A DNA stretch of 58,971 bases, taken from contig CAMYML010000018.1 in assembly GCA_947259305.1 (NCBI GenBank), positions 1-58,971 of the forward strand, read 5' to 3'. The notes under the pieces were generated by a model. That model made no database searches and was not told the DNA's origin. It saw only the letters and a program-made list of their open reading frames with translations. The translations under genes and the position numbers were made by a program. Below, piece by piece: positions 8,419 to 16,157 of this stretch. This stretch comes from an uncultured Gammaproteobacteria bacterium. GTDB taxonomy: Bacteria > Pseudomonadota > Gammaproteobacteria > GCA-001735895. Within the stretch, counting starts at the first letter, position 1, and each line of letters starts with the position of its first letter.

Positions 8419-10805
8419 AGCTTCCCTAATATCTCCAATCGCTGGTCCACCACTTCCCTGCTGAAGGTCGCGAGTCCATTACCAAAATTATCCAGCGCGC
8501 GCCGATAATACGAAACTGCAACGCGGGGCTGAGAGATATGCTCCAGACTGACCGCCAGATTGTAGGCATAGTTAGGATCGCCTGGATTATTTTCGAGCGC
8601 CCTGAAGTAGTGACCCTGCGCTTCCTGCCAGCGATTTTGCGCACCATAGGCATTGGCTAACGCAAAATTCAGATACGGCGAATCGGGTTCGTCGCGAATC
8701 ATCAGTTTCAACTGCGTTTCGGTATCCTGCGGCGAATAGTTGGCAACCGAGATCAAGGATGCCATCGCCAGCGAATCCTTGGGGTTCGCCAGCAGCACGG
8801 TCTGGTAATCGCGGATGGCGGCTCGGCTGTTATTGTTCTGAACATGGATCGCCGCACGCGCGAGCAAAGCATTTCGACTCTGGGGATCGACCTCGAGCAC
8901 CTTATTGTAAAGACTCATGGCGAGCTCATCATTGCCCGCCTGATAAGCGGCATAAGCTTCACGTAACCAGATACTCTTCTGCTCGACGCGCTGCGTCGAT
9001 GTAATCTCGAGCGTCGACGCAGTCGTCCCGCTATAGGACCCAGCCGCTGCCGGCTGCGCGAGACTTGCAATCTCGGTTGCTGCTTCAGTTTCTATTTTGC
9101 TTTGCGATGGCGTGTCGATGGTAGCGGCCGCTGCTGTCTCGGTCTGGGCGGGTATCGCAGTTGTGTCGCTCGCTGCCGTCGGCGCTGCAGATTCGGCGAC
9201 GGCGCTTTCACCCGTTGCGACAGGCACCGATTCCCCGGCGATGACCCCGCTGTCCGGGACCGAGACCGGCTCACCGCTGGCGTTATCGGCGTTTTGAATG
9301 ATGTCGATGGTACGCTCATCGACTTCGGTCTGGGCAAACAGACTGCCAGCCTGCGGTGCAGTTTCGGGGCGTATGATACCGGGCATCGGGTCGCGCTTGA
9401 GTGGGCGTAAACTGGCATCGATGTTGCTCGATTGATCGTTGTACTCGATCAGACCGTAGACTAAAAGCGCCAGCAGAATCGCAACCGCGATGCCGGTATA
9501 AAACTTGTAATGCTGCAGTCGCTGCGCTGACGATTTGCTGTGAAACACCTTCTTAGCATATTCCGGCGTCATGACGACGTCGGAATCGGATTTCATCCCG
9601 GCAAACAGTTTCGACGCATCGTCGCTCGGCATGCGCATCAGGGTGCGATCGTAATTATCCGGCGCATAGGTGCGTGTCGACGTGGTTTCGGTGCGCGCCG
9701 TGGCGCCGGTCTGGGTGTCGAGCGCAACGCCGGTGGTGGCGCTAGTGCTGGTTTGCGTCTGGCCCGCGGTCGAGGTTGCCTCGGAGGGCATCTGGTGACG
9801 TGTCGTGTCGACCAGCGCAAGGCCATCGTCGCCGCCGCTACCGTCCTGCAATGCCTGTATCTGGTCTTGCCTCAACTGGGGATCGGTTACCGCAGTCGGG
9901 TTGGTCAAATTGGTCTGATCACGCTCAACCAGCAACAGGGACATGTCCTCGGCGTCAGCGTCGGTATCGTCCTCCACTTCGACCATCTGGCTAATATCAT
10001 CGTCAGCCCCTGCCTGCTGCTGGGCCGCTGCGTATTCAAGGTCCGCGACCGAGGCCGGCGGGACGCTGATATCGGTTTCGTCCTCGGCGCTGACCTGGTC
10101 CCTGGAATCGGTTTCATCGTCGACAACCGCCTGCTGCTCGGGTTCCGCTAATTCGTTCAACGGAAAAGGCTGGCTGATATCGGTATCGTCTGCCCGCGCT
10201 GCGAGCTGGCTAAGGTCGGTTTCATCAGCCGCAGTCGGTGCCGCCGCTATCTTGCTGACGTCGGTTTCATCCTCGTGCTGGAGGAGCTGGCTCAGGTCGG
10301 TTTCGTCACCTGCAACCGCTGCCGCCGCCATCTCGCTGACATCGGTTTCATCCTCGCGCTGGGCCAGCTGGCTCAGGTCGGTTTCATCTTCGGGGGCGCG
10401 CTGCTCGCGGCTGACCAGCTGCGGCTCACCCATGAATTCCTCGACATCCTCGTCAGCAAAAATGATCGTTTCATCTTCACCCGTCTGCATTTGCGCACTT
10501 AACGAGGGCACCTCGGTCGTGGTCGTATCGGGGACTTCCAGCCGGGTTTCGGTGCCGTCTTCAGGTTCGACCTGGGTTCGTTCGAGCCGCGTATTGAACT
10601 CGGAATCATCGATTTCGGTTTCATCCCGCAGCGCCCGTTGGGATTGCCGCAGGCTGCTATCCACACCGCCTTCAAGCTCAGAGACATCCTCCGCGGCGGC
10701 AACGATCTCGGTTTCGTCCGACGAACCGGCCTGCGGAGCCTCCTGCTTGTTCTTTTCCGCCTTTTGCTCGGCGGCTTTTTTCAGCGCGTCTAGCAGTAAA
10801 CTCAT
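8415..10805 (-). CDS. Bitopic TPR protein (MshN-like) with a GspB-like N-terminus and a long acidic repeat region
   Basis: 796 aa. The N-terminus MSLLLDALKKAAEQ is GspB/ExeB-like. Residues ~29-286 carry 13 DET(D/E)-type motifs. One TM helix (FYTGIAVAILLALLVYGLIEY) is followed by an Ala/Thr-rich linker and C-terminal TPR repeats (AYAAYQAGN..., ALANAYGAQNRWQEAQGHYFRALE). Confidence 0.75.
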   Translation of the reverse strand: MSLLLDALKKAAEQKAEKNKQEAPQAGSSDETEIVAAAEDVSELEGGVDSSLRQSQRALRDETEIDDSEFNTRLERTQVEPEDGTETRLEVPDTTTTEVPSLSAQMQTGEDETIIFADEDVEEFMGEPQLVSREQRAPEDETDLSQLAQREDETDVSEMAAAAVAGDETDLSQLLQHEDETDVSKIAAAPTAADETDLSQLAARADDTDISQPFPLNELAEPEQQAVVDDETDSRDQVSAEDETDISVPPASVADLEYAAAQQQAGADDDISQMVEVEDDTDADAEDMSLLLVERDQTNLTNPTAVTDPQLRQDQIQALQDGSGGDDGLALVDTTRHQMPSEATSTAGQTQTSTSATTGVALDTQTGATARTETTSTRTYAPDNYDRTLMRMPSDDASKLFAGMKSDSDVVMTPEYAKKVFHSKSSAQRLQHYKFYTGIAVAILLALLVYGLIEYNDQSSNIDASLRPLKRDPMPGIIRPETAPQAGSLFAQTEVDERTIDIIQNADNASGEPVSVPDSGVIAGESVPVATGESAVAESAAPTAASDTTAIPAQTETAAAATIDTPSQSKIETEAATEIASLAQPAAAGSYSGTTASTLEITSTQRVEQKSIWLREAYAAYQAGNDELAMSLYNKVLEVDPQSRNALLARAAIHVQNNNSRAAIRDYQTVLLANPKDSLAMASLISVANYSPQDTETQLKLMIRDEPDSPYLNFALANAYGAQNRWQEAQGHYFRALENNPGDPNYAYNLAVSLEHISQPRVAVSYYRRALDNFGNGLATFSREVVDQRLEILGKL
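9948..10721 (-). repeat. Coding acidic repeat region (DETD[LVI]S-type motifs); the near-perfect ~27-aa/81-bp super-repeat core is at 10173-10391
   Basis: At the DNA level, ggtcggtttcatc / gacRtcggtttcatcctcg units recur about every 40 and 80 bp (for example near 10203, 10251, 10283, 10331 and 10366). In the protein this reads EDETDLSQL..EDETDVS..AAA repeated. Confidence 0.7.
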
Positions 10806-10822
10806 TCTTTATCTTCTCTCTA

Positions 10823-12403
10823 TTACTCGGAGAATATCTGAGGTTTCAGGAACTGCTTGAAGTCCTGCATACTGGTATCGATACTGGCGTTGTCGATAAC
10901 CCGCGGCCGCAGGAAAATCACGAGTTCGGTCTTGTCGGCATCTCGCGACTTGTTACCAAAAAGTAACCCAATCCCCTTGGCATCATGCAGCCCCGGTAAA
11001 CCCCGACTTTCGGTTTCGATAGAATCCTGCATTAGTCCGCCGATCACCGCTGTATTGCCGCTGGCAACGCGCAGCACCGACTCCATTTCACGCACCTGAA
11101 TTTCGGGTATGCTATTGGGAATAAGCAAATTGGGATTCGGATCATCCTTGAATCCCACTATACGGGTGATGGTGGGACGTATGTTCAGCGTAACCTCGTC
11201 ATCGGCGGATATAAACGGCGTCACGTTCATGACAAAGCCGACGGCGACGGTTTTCGCAGTGGTATTGACAATATCGGTCGTGACCGCGCCAGCGCCCGAG
11301 CCCGTGGTATTACTGGTCGATTCAACCTCAAAATAGATTATGTTATCGGCAACCTTCAACACCGAGGTCTGGTTGTTGAGCGCCATTATCTTCGGGCTCG
11401 ACATGACCGACACGTCACCGAAGGTATCCAGCGCCTGGATCGCGGAAGATATATTCCTTTCGCTGTTGGTATTCAGATAGGTTGCCGAGGTGATCGGAGG
11501 CGTTCCTATACTTGGCGCCGTTCCCGCATCCCCCGCCGACGCACCGATTACTTGTTGCGACAGGCTCCAGCCGTCTCCACCAGCGAGGCGCGCCCAGTCG
11601 ACTCCGGCCTGGAAATCATCGTTCAGCCTGACTTCGACCACGGTCGCCTCGATCAGCACCTGGCGACGGGCGCTGCCCATTACGGTATCGATAAACAGCT
11701 GAATATTTTTGTGTGCCGCTGAGCTCGTGCGTACCGATATCGTGCCTGATTCGCGATTCGATATCACGACGCCCTCGGTCGTGTCTGGACTAGCCATTAA
11801 CGCTATATTCTCTTCCAGGGTTTGCCAGAACTGATTATTCGACTCGTTAGAAATCGAAGCCGATGAATCGCCGGTGGCGCCGCCTTCACCTCCGCCCTCG
11901 CCCAGGGCCGTCTCAATACCGATTGCCGTGCTGGTGTTTCTCGACATATTGAGATAGTCGACCCGGTATATACGGGTAAAAGGCCGGTCCACTTCTACCA
12001 CCAAATTCGGGCCATCCAGGTAATAACGCAATGCCACCTGGCGCGAAACGCGCTTCAGGATTTGCGGCAGGGTTTGATCGATGGCGTTAATGCTGACCCG
12101 ACCGTCGATCGCCGGGTCGATGTCCAGGTTGAGGCGCGCGTCACGCGCCAGTGCGAACAACAGTTCGCTGGCGGGCAAGTCCGTTGCCACCACGGTAAAG
12201 GTTTGCATGGGCTCGGCAGGTTCGGGCACGGCGATAATCGGCACCTGGTTCACCACCGGGGGAATATCGATCTCGGCCTGCGTAACCGGCGGTGGCGCCG
12301 TGTCGAGATGCCCTTCGGTAACCGCCATCCGTTCATTTTTCGACCCCGGGACCTGGCAGGCCGTCAGGCTGAGTAAAACGAGTAACAGTGCAATTCTTTT
12401 CAT
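10823..12403 (-). CDS. Secretin lipoprotein (MshL/PilQ/GspD family)
   Basis: 526 aa. A lipobox signal is present (LLSLTAC). Secretin-domain motifs include VLIEATVVEVRLNDDFQAGVDW, VMSSPKIMALNNQTSVLKV and GLPGL...LFG...ELVIFLRPRVI. Confidence 0.9.
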   Translation of the reverse strand: MKRIALLLVLLSLTACQVPGSKNERMAVTEGHLDTAPPPVTQAEIDIPPVVNQVPIIAVPEPAEPMQTFTVVATDLPASELLFALARDARLNLDIDPAIDGRVSINAIDQTLPQILKRVSRQVALRYYLDGPNLVVEVDRPFTRIYRVDYLNMSRNTSTAIGIETALGEGGGEGGATGDSSASISNESNNQFWQTLEENIALMASPDTTEGVVISNRESGTISVRTSSAAHKNIQLFIDTVMGSARRQVLIEATVVEVRLNDDFQAGVDWARLAGGDGWSLSQQVIGASAGDAGTAPSIGTPPITSATYLNTNSERNISSAIQALDTFGDVSVMSSPKIMALNNQTSVLKVADNIIYFEVESTSNTTGSGAGAVTTDIVNTTAKTVAVGFVMNVTPFISADDEVTLNIRPTITRIVGFKDDPNPNLLIPNSIPEIQVREMESVLRVASGNTAVIGGLMQDSIETESRGLPGLHDAKGIGLLFGNKSRDADKTELVIFLRPRVIDNASIDTSMQDFKQFLKPQIFSE

Positions 12404-12431
12404 TGTGTTATTCCAGTTAATATCCAGACTG

Positions 12432-12953
12432 CTAAAGCAAAGCTTTCTGCATGCGATAAACCGAATGCAGATACGGCGAATTGACCTTCACCGACGCGGG
12501 CAGTCGCTCGAGTTGGGCCCTGCCCTGAGACAGGGTGTCAAATTCACTATAGAAAACCCGATATATACTTCTTTCCTCGGTATTTACTTCATATAAATAC
12601 GTCTTCGATAAATCCAGCGGCCATTCGTTACGTAGATAATAGACCAATTCGCGCGCCGCGGACTTACTGCGCATTAAAACCTGGATCGACACATTGTTCC
12701 GGTTCGCGTTACTGAGCCAGTCACGGCTCTCTCTCAATTTTACATTTAGCCACTGATTGTAATCCGCGGTCAAGCCTAGATCATTGCTATTAATGGTCTC
12801 GAGCGCGTCAGTTGAAGCGGTTTGATCGAGCGCGTCAGTTGAAGCGGCCTGATCGAGCGCGTCAGTTGAAGCGGCCTGATCGAGCGCACTCTGAAGGACT
12901 TCGTCTTCAGCCACCTGTGCTAGCGCAGACTCTACTGGTGCCTGCTCTGTCAC
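12432..12953 (-). CDS. SPOR-like peptidoglycan-binding module with an N-terminal 9-aa tandem repeat; probably the detached C-terminus of the ExeA-like protein
   Basis: 173-aa ORF with a GTG start, no signal peptide and no TM helix. It carries ALDQAASTD x3. The C-terminal part (VSIQVLMRSKSAARELVYYL...YRVFYSEFDTLSQGRAQLERLP) has the look of a SPOR/ExeA periplasmic domain. It overlaps the upstream gene by 47 nt. Confidence 0.5.
   Translation of the reverse strand: MTEQAPVESALAQVAEDEVLQSALDQAASTDALDQAASTDALDQTASTDALETINSNDLGLTADYNQWLNVKLRESRDWLSNANRNNVSIQVLMRSKSAARELVYYLRNEWPLDLSKTYLYEVNTEERSIYRVFYSEFDTLSQGRAQLERLPASVKVNSPYLHSVYRMQKALL
12801..12887. repeat. Perfect or near-perfect 27-bp tandem repeat, 3.2 copies, in-frame
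   Basis: The unit gagcgcgtcagttgaagcggYYtgatc occurs at 12801-12827, 12828-12854 and 12855-12881, with a partial copy at 12882-12887. Copies 2 and 3 are identical; copy 1 differs at 2 positions. Confidence 0.9.
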
Positions 12954-14145
12954 CTGATTCGTGGCTACATGGGCACCCTGGCGACTGCGTCGGTGGAATC
13001 GCCGTTTGTGTTTGCTGGCTCACGGTTTCAATTGGCTGGTCTAGCGTTTCGGTTTGCTGGGAAACCGGCTCCGGAGTTTGCGTGACCGCGCCCAGATTCG
13101 CCTGTATTTCAACGCTATTCTGCACCTTTGCGGCCTCGGGTTTTGCAGTTTCCTGGACCTGTGGCCCAATATCTGTGACAGGTTTGTCATTTATTACGAC
13201 ATTTTGCCGATTATCGGCCATATCAGCGCTCTGCAGCGGCATCCACTGCGACCGCGTCTGGTACAAAGCTATCGCCAACGCAGCTAGCGCAAGCAGGCCA
13301 AGCCACCATAACTTGCTCGATTTACCCGAGGATTTCTGATTGAAGGCGCTGTCATTGACCGCCGCGGTGACGTGTTTGGGACTCAGATTATGAGTTCCCT
13401 CGGCAAACGCGGATAGCAGAATTTTGTCGGCGATGATGTTGATGCGCCGCAGCAATCCGTCGGAATGCTGCTCGACCTTTTTCGCCACCGACTGGTTGAT
13501 CAATTCCGGCCCGGTATAGCCGACTTCGCGCATGCGGAAATTAAGGTAGTTGTGGATCTCATCCTGGGTTAACGGATCGAGATTGAAATTATGGGTAATG
13601 CGTTCGCGTAATTGCCGAATCGACTGTTGCGCCAGGTTTTCATCCAGTTCCGGCTGCCCGAACAAAATGATTTGCAGCAGTTTGTTCTCATCGGTCTCGA
13701 GATTGGATAGCAGGCGTATTTCCTCCAGGGTTTCGAGCGGCATGCCCTGCGCTTCCTCGATGAATAAAACGACCTGCTTGTTTTCCATATGCCGCTGCAG
13801 CAGATAATCCTGCAACAGGTGCATGACTTCGTGTTTGGAAGCCTCTTTGCCCACCGGCAACGATAGCTCGTGCGCAATGACAAACAGGATATCTTCGGGC
13901 GACACGCTCGGATTCGCGATATACACGATTTCAACCGTATTCGGCAATTTGAGCTGCAGCATGCGGCAGAGCATGGTTTTACCGCTGCCGACTTCACCAA
14001 CCACCTTGATGATGCCTTCGCCGCGATGGATTGCGTAGGCCAGCGCCGCAAGTATATCGCCGCGCTTGCCGCCCTCATAAAACAGGCTGGTGTCGGGCGT
14101 TATTTTGAAAGGCGGGCGCTCGAGGCCGAAATAGTCTTCGTACAT
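12907..14145 (-). CDS. ExeA/GspA/MshM-family AAA ATPase with a TM segment and a Q/T/E/P-rich tail
   Basis: 412 aa. Walker A is GEVGSGKTMLCRML and Walker B-like is VLFIEEAQGM. It closely parallels MshM in this window. It then has a TM helix (LWWLGLLALAALAIALY) and a low-complexity tail. The start lies 3 nt after the regulator's stop. Confidence 0.85.
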   Translation of the reverse strand: MYEDYFGLERPPFKITPDTSLFYEGGKRGDILAALAYAIHRGEGIIKVVGEVGSGKTMLCRMLQLKLPNTVEIVYIANPSVSPEDILFVIAHELSLPVGKEASKHEVMHLLQDYLLQRHMENKQVVLFIEEAQGMPLETLEEIRLLSNLETDENKLLQIILFGQPELDENLAQQSIRQLRERITHNFNLDPLTQDEIHNYLNFRMREVGYTGPELINQSVAKKVEQHSDGLLRRINIIADKILLSAFAEGTHNLSPKHVTAAVNDSAFNQKSSGKSSKLWWLGLLALAALAIALYQTRSQWMPLQSADMADNRQNVVINDKPVTDIGPQVQETAKPEAAKVQNSVEIQANLGAVTQTPEPVSQQTETLDQPIETVSQQTQTAIPPTQSPGCPCSHESGDRAGTSRVCASTGG

Positions 14146-14148
14146 GAC

Positions 14149-15543
14149 TTAGTCCCTGTCCTCGAGCCGGTCCATGCGGCCATACAAGGTCGTGCGGTTG
14201 ACGCCGAGCATTTCAGCCGCCTTGCTGATGTTGCCATCGTGCTCGCGCAGCGCCAGATCGATAGCCTTCTTTTCGACCATTTTTAACAAGCGGTCCAGTT
14301 CGAAGTCGGCATCCTGCAATGCCTCACTGAGCCACTCTTCACTGCGGGTCGCGTCGTTATGTCGTTGTAGTCCTGACATTTCTCTCTTCAGCACTTCCGG
14401 CTTGATGGTCTGCCCGGGATACTTCGCTGAAAGTCTAATTATTATGTTACGTAATTCTCGCACATTTCCAGGAAAAGTATAAGAATTCCAGAGCTTTAGC
14501 GCATCGTCGTCAAGTTTGAATGTGGCCAGTTGCTCGGCTACCTGCTGCATAAAATAGAGCAATAGTTCCTGGGCATCGCCATTGCGTTCCTTGAGCGACG
14601 GCACACGCACGGTCAGTACGCTCAAACGATGATATAAATCCTCGCGGAAGTGACCGTCCCTGATTGCGGCAAAAATGTCCTTGTTGGTAGCCGCCAGCAC
14701 GCGCGCCGATGAATGCCGTGGCTGGGTTTCGCCGAGCCGGTAGTACTCGCCGTTTTCAAGCACGCGCAGTAGCTTGGCCTGCAGGTCCAGCGGCAAATCG
14801 GCAACCTCGTCGAGCAATAACGTGCCTGCGCCGGCCTCTTCGAAAAATCCTTTCTTGGTTTCGGTGGCCCCGGTAAACGAACCCTTGACGTGGCCAAACA
14901 ATTGCGACTCGAGCAGTTCACCGTTGAAGGCGGCGCAGTTCAGCGTCAGGAAGGGTTCGAGCTTGCGTGAGCTGCAGCGATGCAGGTTGCGCGCAGCGAC
15001 TTCCTTGCCGCTACCGGATTCACCCTCGATCAGCACCGGGTAGGGCGAATCGGCGATCTGGCGGATCTGCATGCGCAGCAACTCGAGTTCCTCGCTGGAG
15101 CCAATGAGGCCCTCGATATCGCCATGCCCGCCGGCGTTACCGCCGCCAGCGATGATCTGCTTCTTCAGCCGCACCTTGATTTCGGCAATATCGCAGGGTT
15201 TGGATATGAAATCGACCGCGCCATCTTCCTTGGCCTGGAATATGTGTTTCTTGTTGTCCTGACCCGACAGCACCAGCACACGGGTGGAGGGATGCATTTG
15301 CGAAATTTTGCGAATAACCGCGAGTCCCTCGTCGGGACGATGCGTATTCGGTGGCAGACCGAGATCGACCAGCGCCAGCGTCGGCGAGTCCACCATTTTA
15401 TCGATCAGCGCGAAACTCGAGGGTCGATCCGAAGCGCGCTCGACGTCGTATTCTTCGCTGAGCACATACTCAAGGCTGTCGGCGATGATAGCGTCATCAT
15501 CGACCAGCAACAGTGTCGGTTTTTTTTCACTGTTCAGTGACAT
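14149..15543 (-). CDS. Sigma54-dependent response regulator (NtrC-family enhancer-binding protein)
   Basis: 464 aa. It has a REC domain (LLVDDD...LALVDLGLPP), an AAA+ domain (GESGSGKEVAARNLH) with the GAFTGA variant GSFTGA, ESQLFGH, and a C-terminal Fis-type HTH (GNISKAAEMLGVNRTTLYGRM). Confidence 0.92.
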   Translation of the reverse strand: MSLNSEKKPTLLLVDDDAIIADSLEYVLSEEYDVERASDRPSSFALIDKMVDSPTLALVDLGLPPNTHRPDEGLAVIRKISQMHPSTRVLVLSGQDNKKHIFQAKEDGAVDFISKPCDIAEIKVRLKKQIIAGGGNAGGHGDIEGLIGSSEELELLRMQIRQIADSPYPVLIEGESGSGKEVAARNLHRCSSRKLEPFLTLNCAAFNGELLESQLFGHVKGSFTGATETKKGFFEEAGAGTLLLDEVADLPLDLQAKLLRVLENGEYYRLGETQPRHSSARVLAATNKDIFAAIRDGHFREDLYHRLSVLTVRVPSLKERNGDAQELLLYFMQQVAEQLATFKLDDDALKLWNSYTFPGNVRELRNIIIRLSAKYPGQTIKPEVLKREMSGLQRHNDATRSEEWLSEALQDADFELDRLLKMVEKKAIDLALREHDGNISKAAEMLGVNRTTLYGRMDRLEDRD

Positions 15544-15571
15544 CCCGTATAACCCAACTATTAACCTATTT

Positions 15572-15600
15572 AGTATAGTGTCTAAATTTCAACAACTCAA
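15572..15600 (-). promoter_or_regulatory. Putative sigma70 promoter for the regulator-led operon
   Basis: On the minus strand: TTGAGT (15600-15595), a 17-nt spacer, then TATACT (15577-15572). It lies ~25 nt upstream of the regulator ATG inside an AT-rich gap. This is a pattern match only. Confidence 0.3.
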
Positions 15601-15752
15601 ATAATACTTTAATTTTGATTTAAAACTACTTGAATTATATAGAAAAAATATTTTCAACGTTCGATCCAAATGAGTTTATCGGCATTGTTCAGGCATCTCT
15701 GTTAAGCGCTTCAAGGTTTTGTCATAGCCCGGTGTTTTCCACCAGGTCAGGC

Positions 15753-16157
15753 TCACGGCGGATCGATCGAAACGGTCGCCTGAATCTGGCGCTGTACGTA
15801 ATCGAGCGTGCCGTAGCTGCCGCTGCTGGCGATTGACCTCAGGCTGAAGGTATGGATCGGAGGGGGGCCGCCTTCGACATGCGTGGTGCGATCGCATTGA
15901 ACCTCGATATTGAATCCGGCAAACGCGGCATCGGTAAAATTGGTCGATGCCGCACAATTGTCGTTGACAATCGACTGGTGTATGCCCCATTCGATGCCGC
16001 TGCGCGCCGCCTGGTTAGCGCGCGCACCCTGCACCCCGTAGAGCAGCGTGGTTTGTTGCACCACGCGAATATTGGCGATGTAAATCACCAGGGCGGCGAC
16101 GACCACCAGCAGGAATATGGCCGCGATCAGCGTGAAACCGGTCTGCCCACGCTTCAT
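15753..16157 (-). CDS. mshP: MSHA minor pilin-like protein MshP
   Basis: 134 aa. N-terminus KRGQTGFTLIAAIFLLVVVAALVIY (PilX_N-like, no Glu+5). It follows the mshO-like gene with a 4-nt overlap. Confidence 0.6.
   Translation of the reverse strand: MKRGQTGFTLIAAIFLLVVVAALVIYIANIRVVQQTTLLYGVQGARANQAARSGIEWGIHQSIVNDNCAASTNFTDAAFAGFNIEVQCDRTTHVEGGPPPIHTFSLRSIASSGSYGTLDYVQRQIQATVSIDPP

Noticed and set aside
4381-8508. Plus-strand ORFs at 4381-5214 (277 aa), 5783-6379, 6703-7521 and 7588-8508 (306 aa)
   Set aside because: All are antisense shadows of the PilMN-like, GspF-like and GspE-like genes. The minus-strand frames carry Walker, tetracysteine and TM features; these frames do not.
9943-10860. 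305-aa Ser-rich plus-strand ORF
   Set aside because: It runs exactly antisense to the acidic-repeat region of the TPR gene. The Ser/Val-rich low-complexity product is the mirror image of GAx/GTx codons. It has no RBS, and the minus-strand gene has clear domain content.
12801-12887. Possible CRISPR-like repeat
   Set aside because: The units are directly adjacent with no spacers and are in-frame within a coding region (ALDQAASTD x3). This is a coding tandem repeat, not a CRISPR array.
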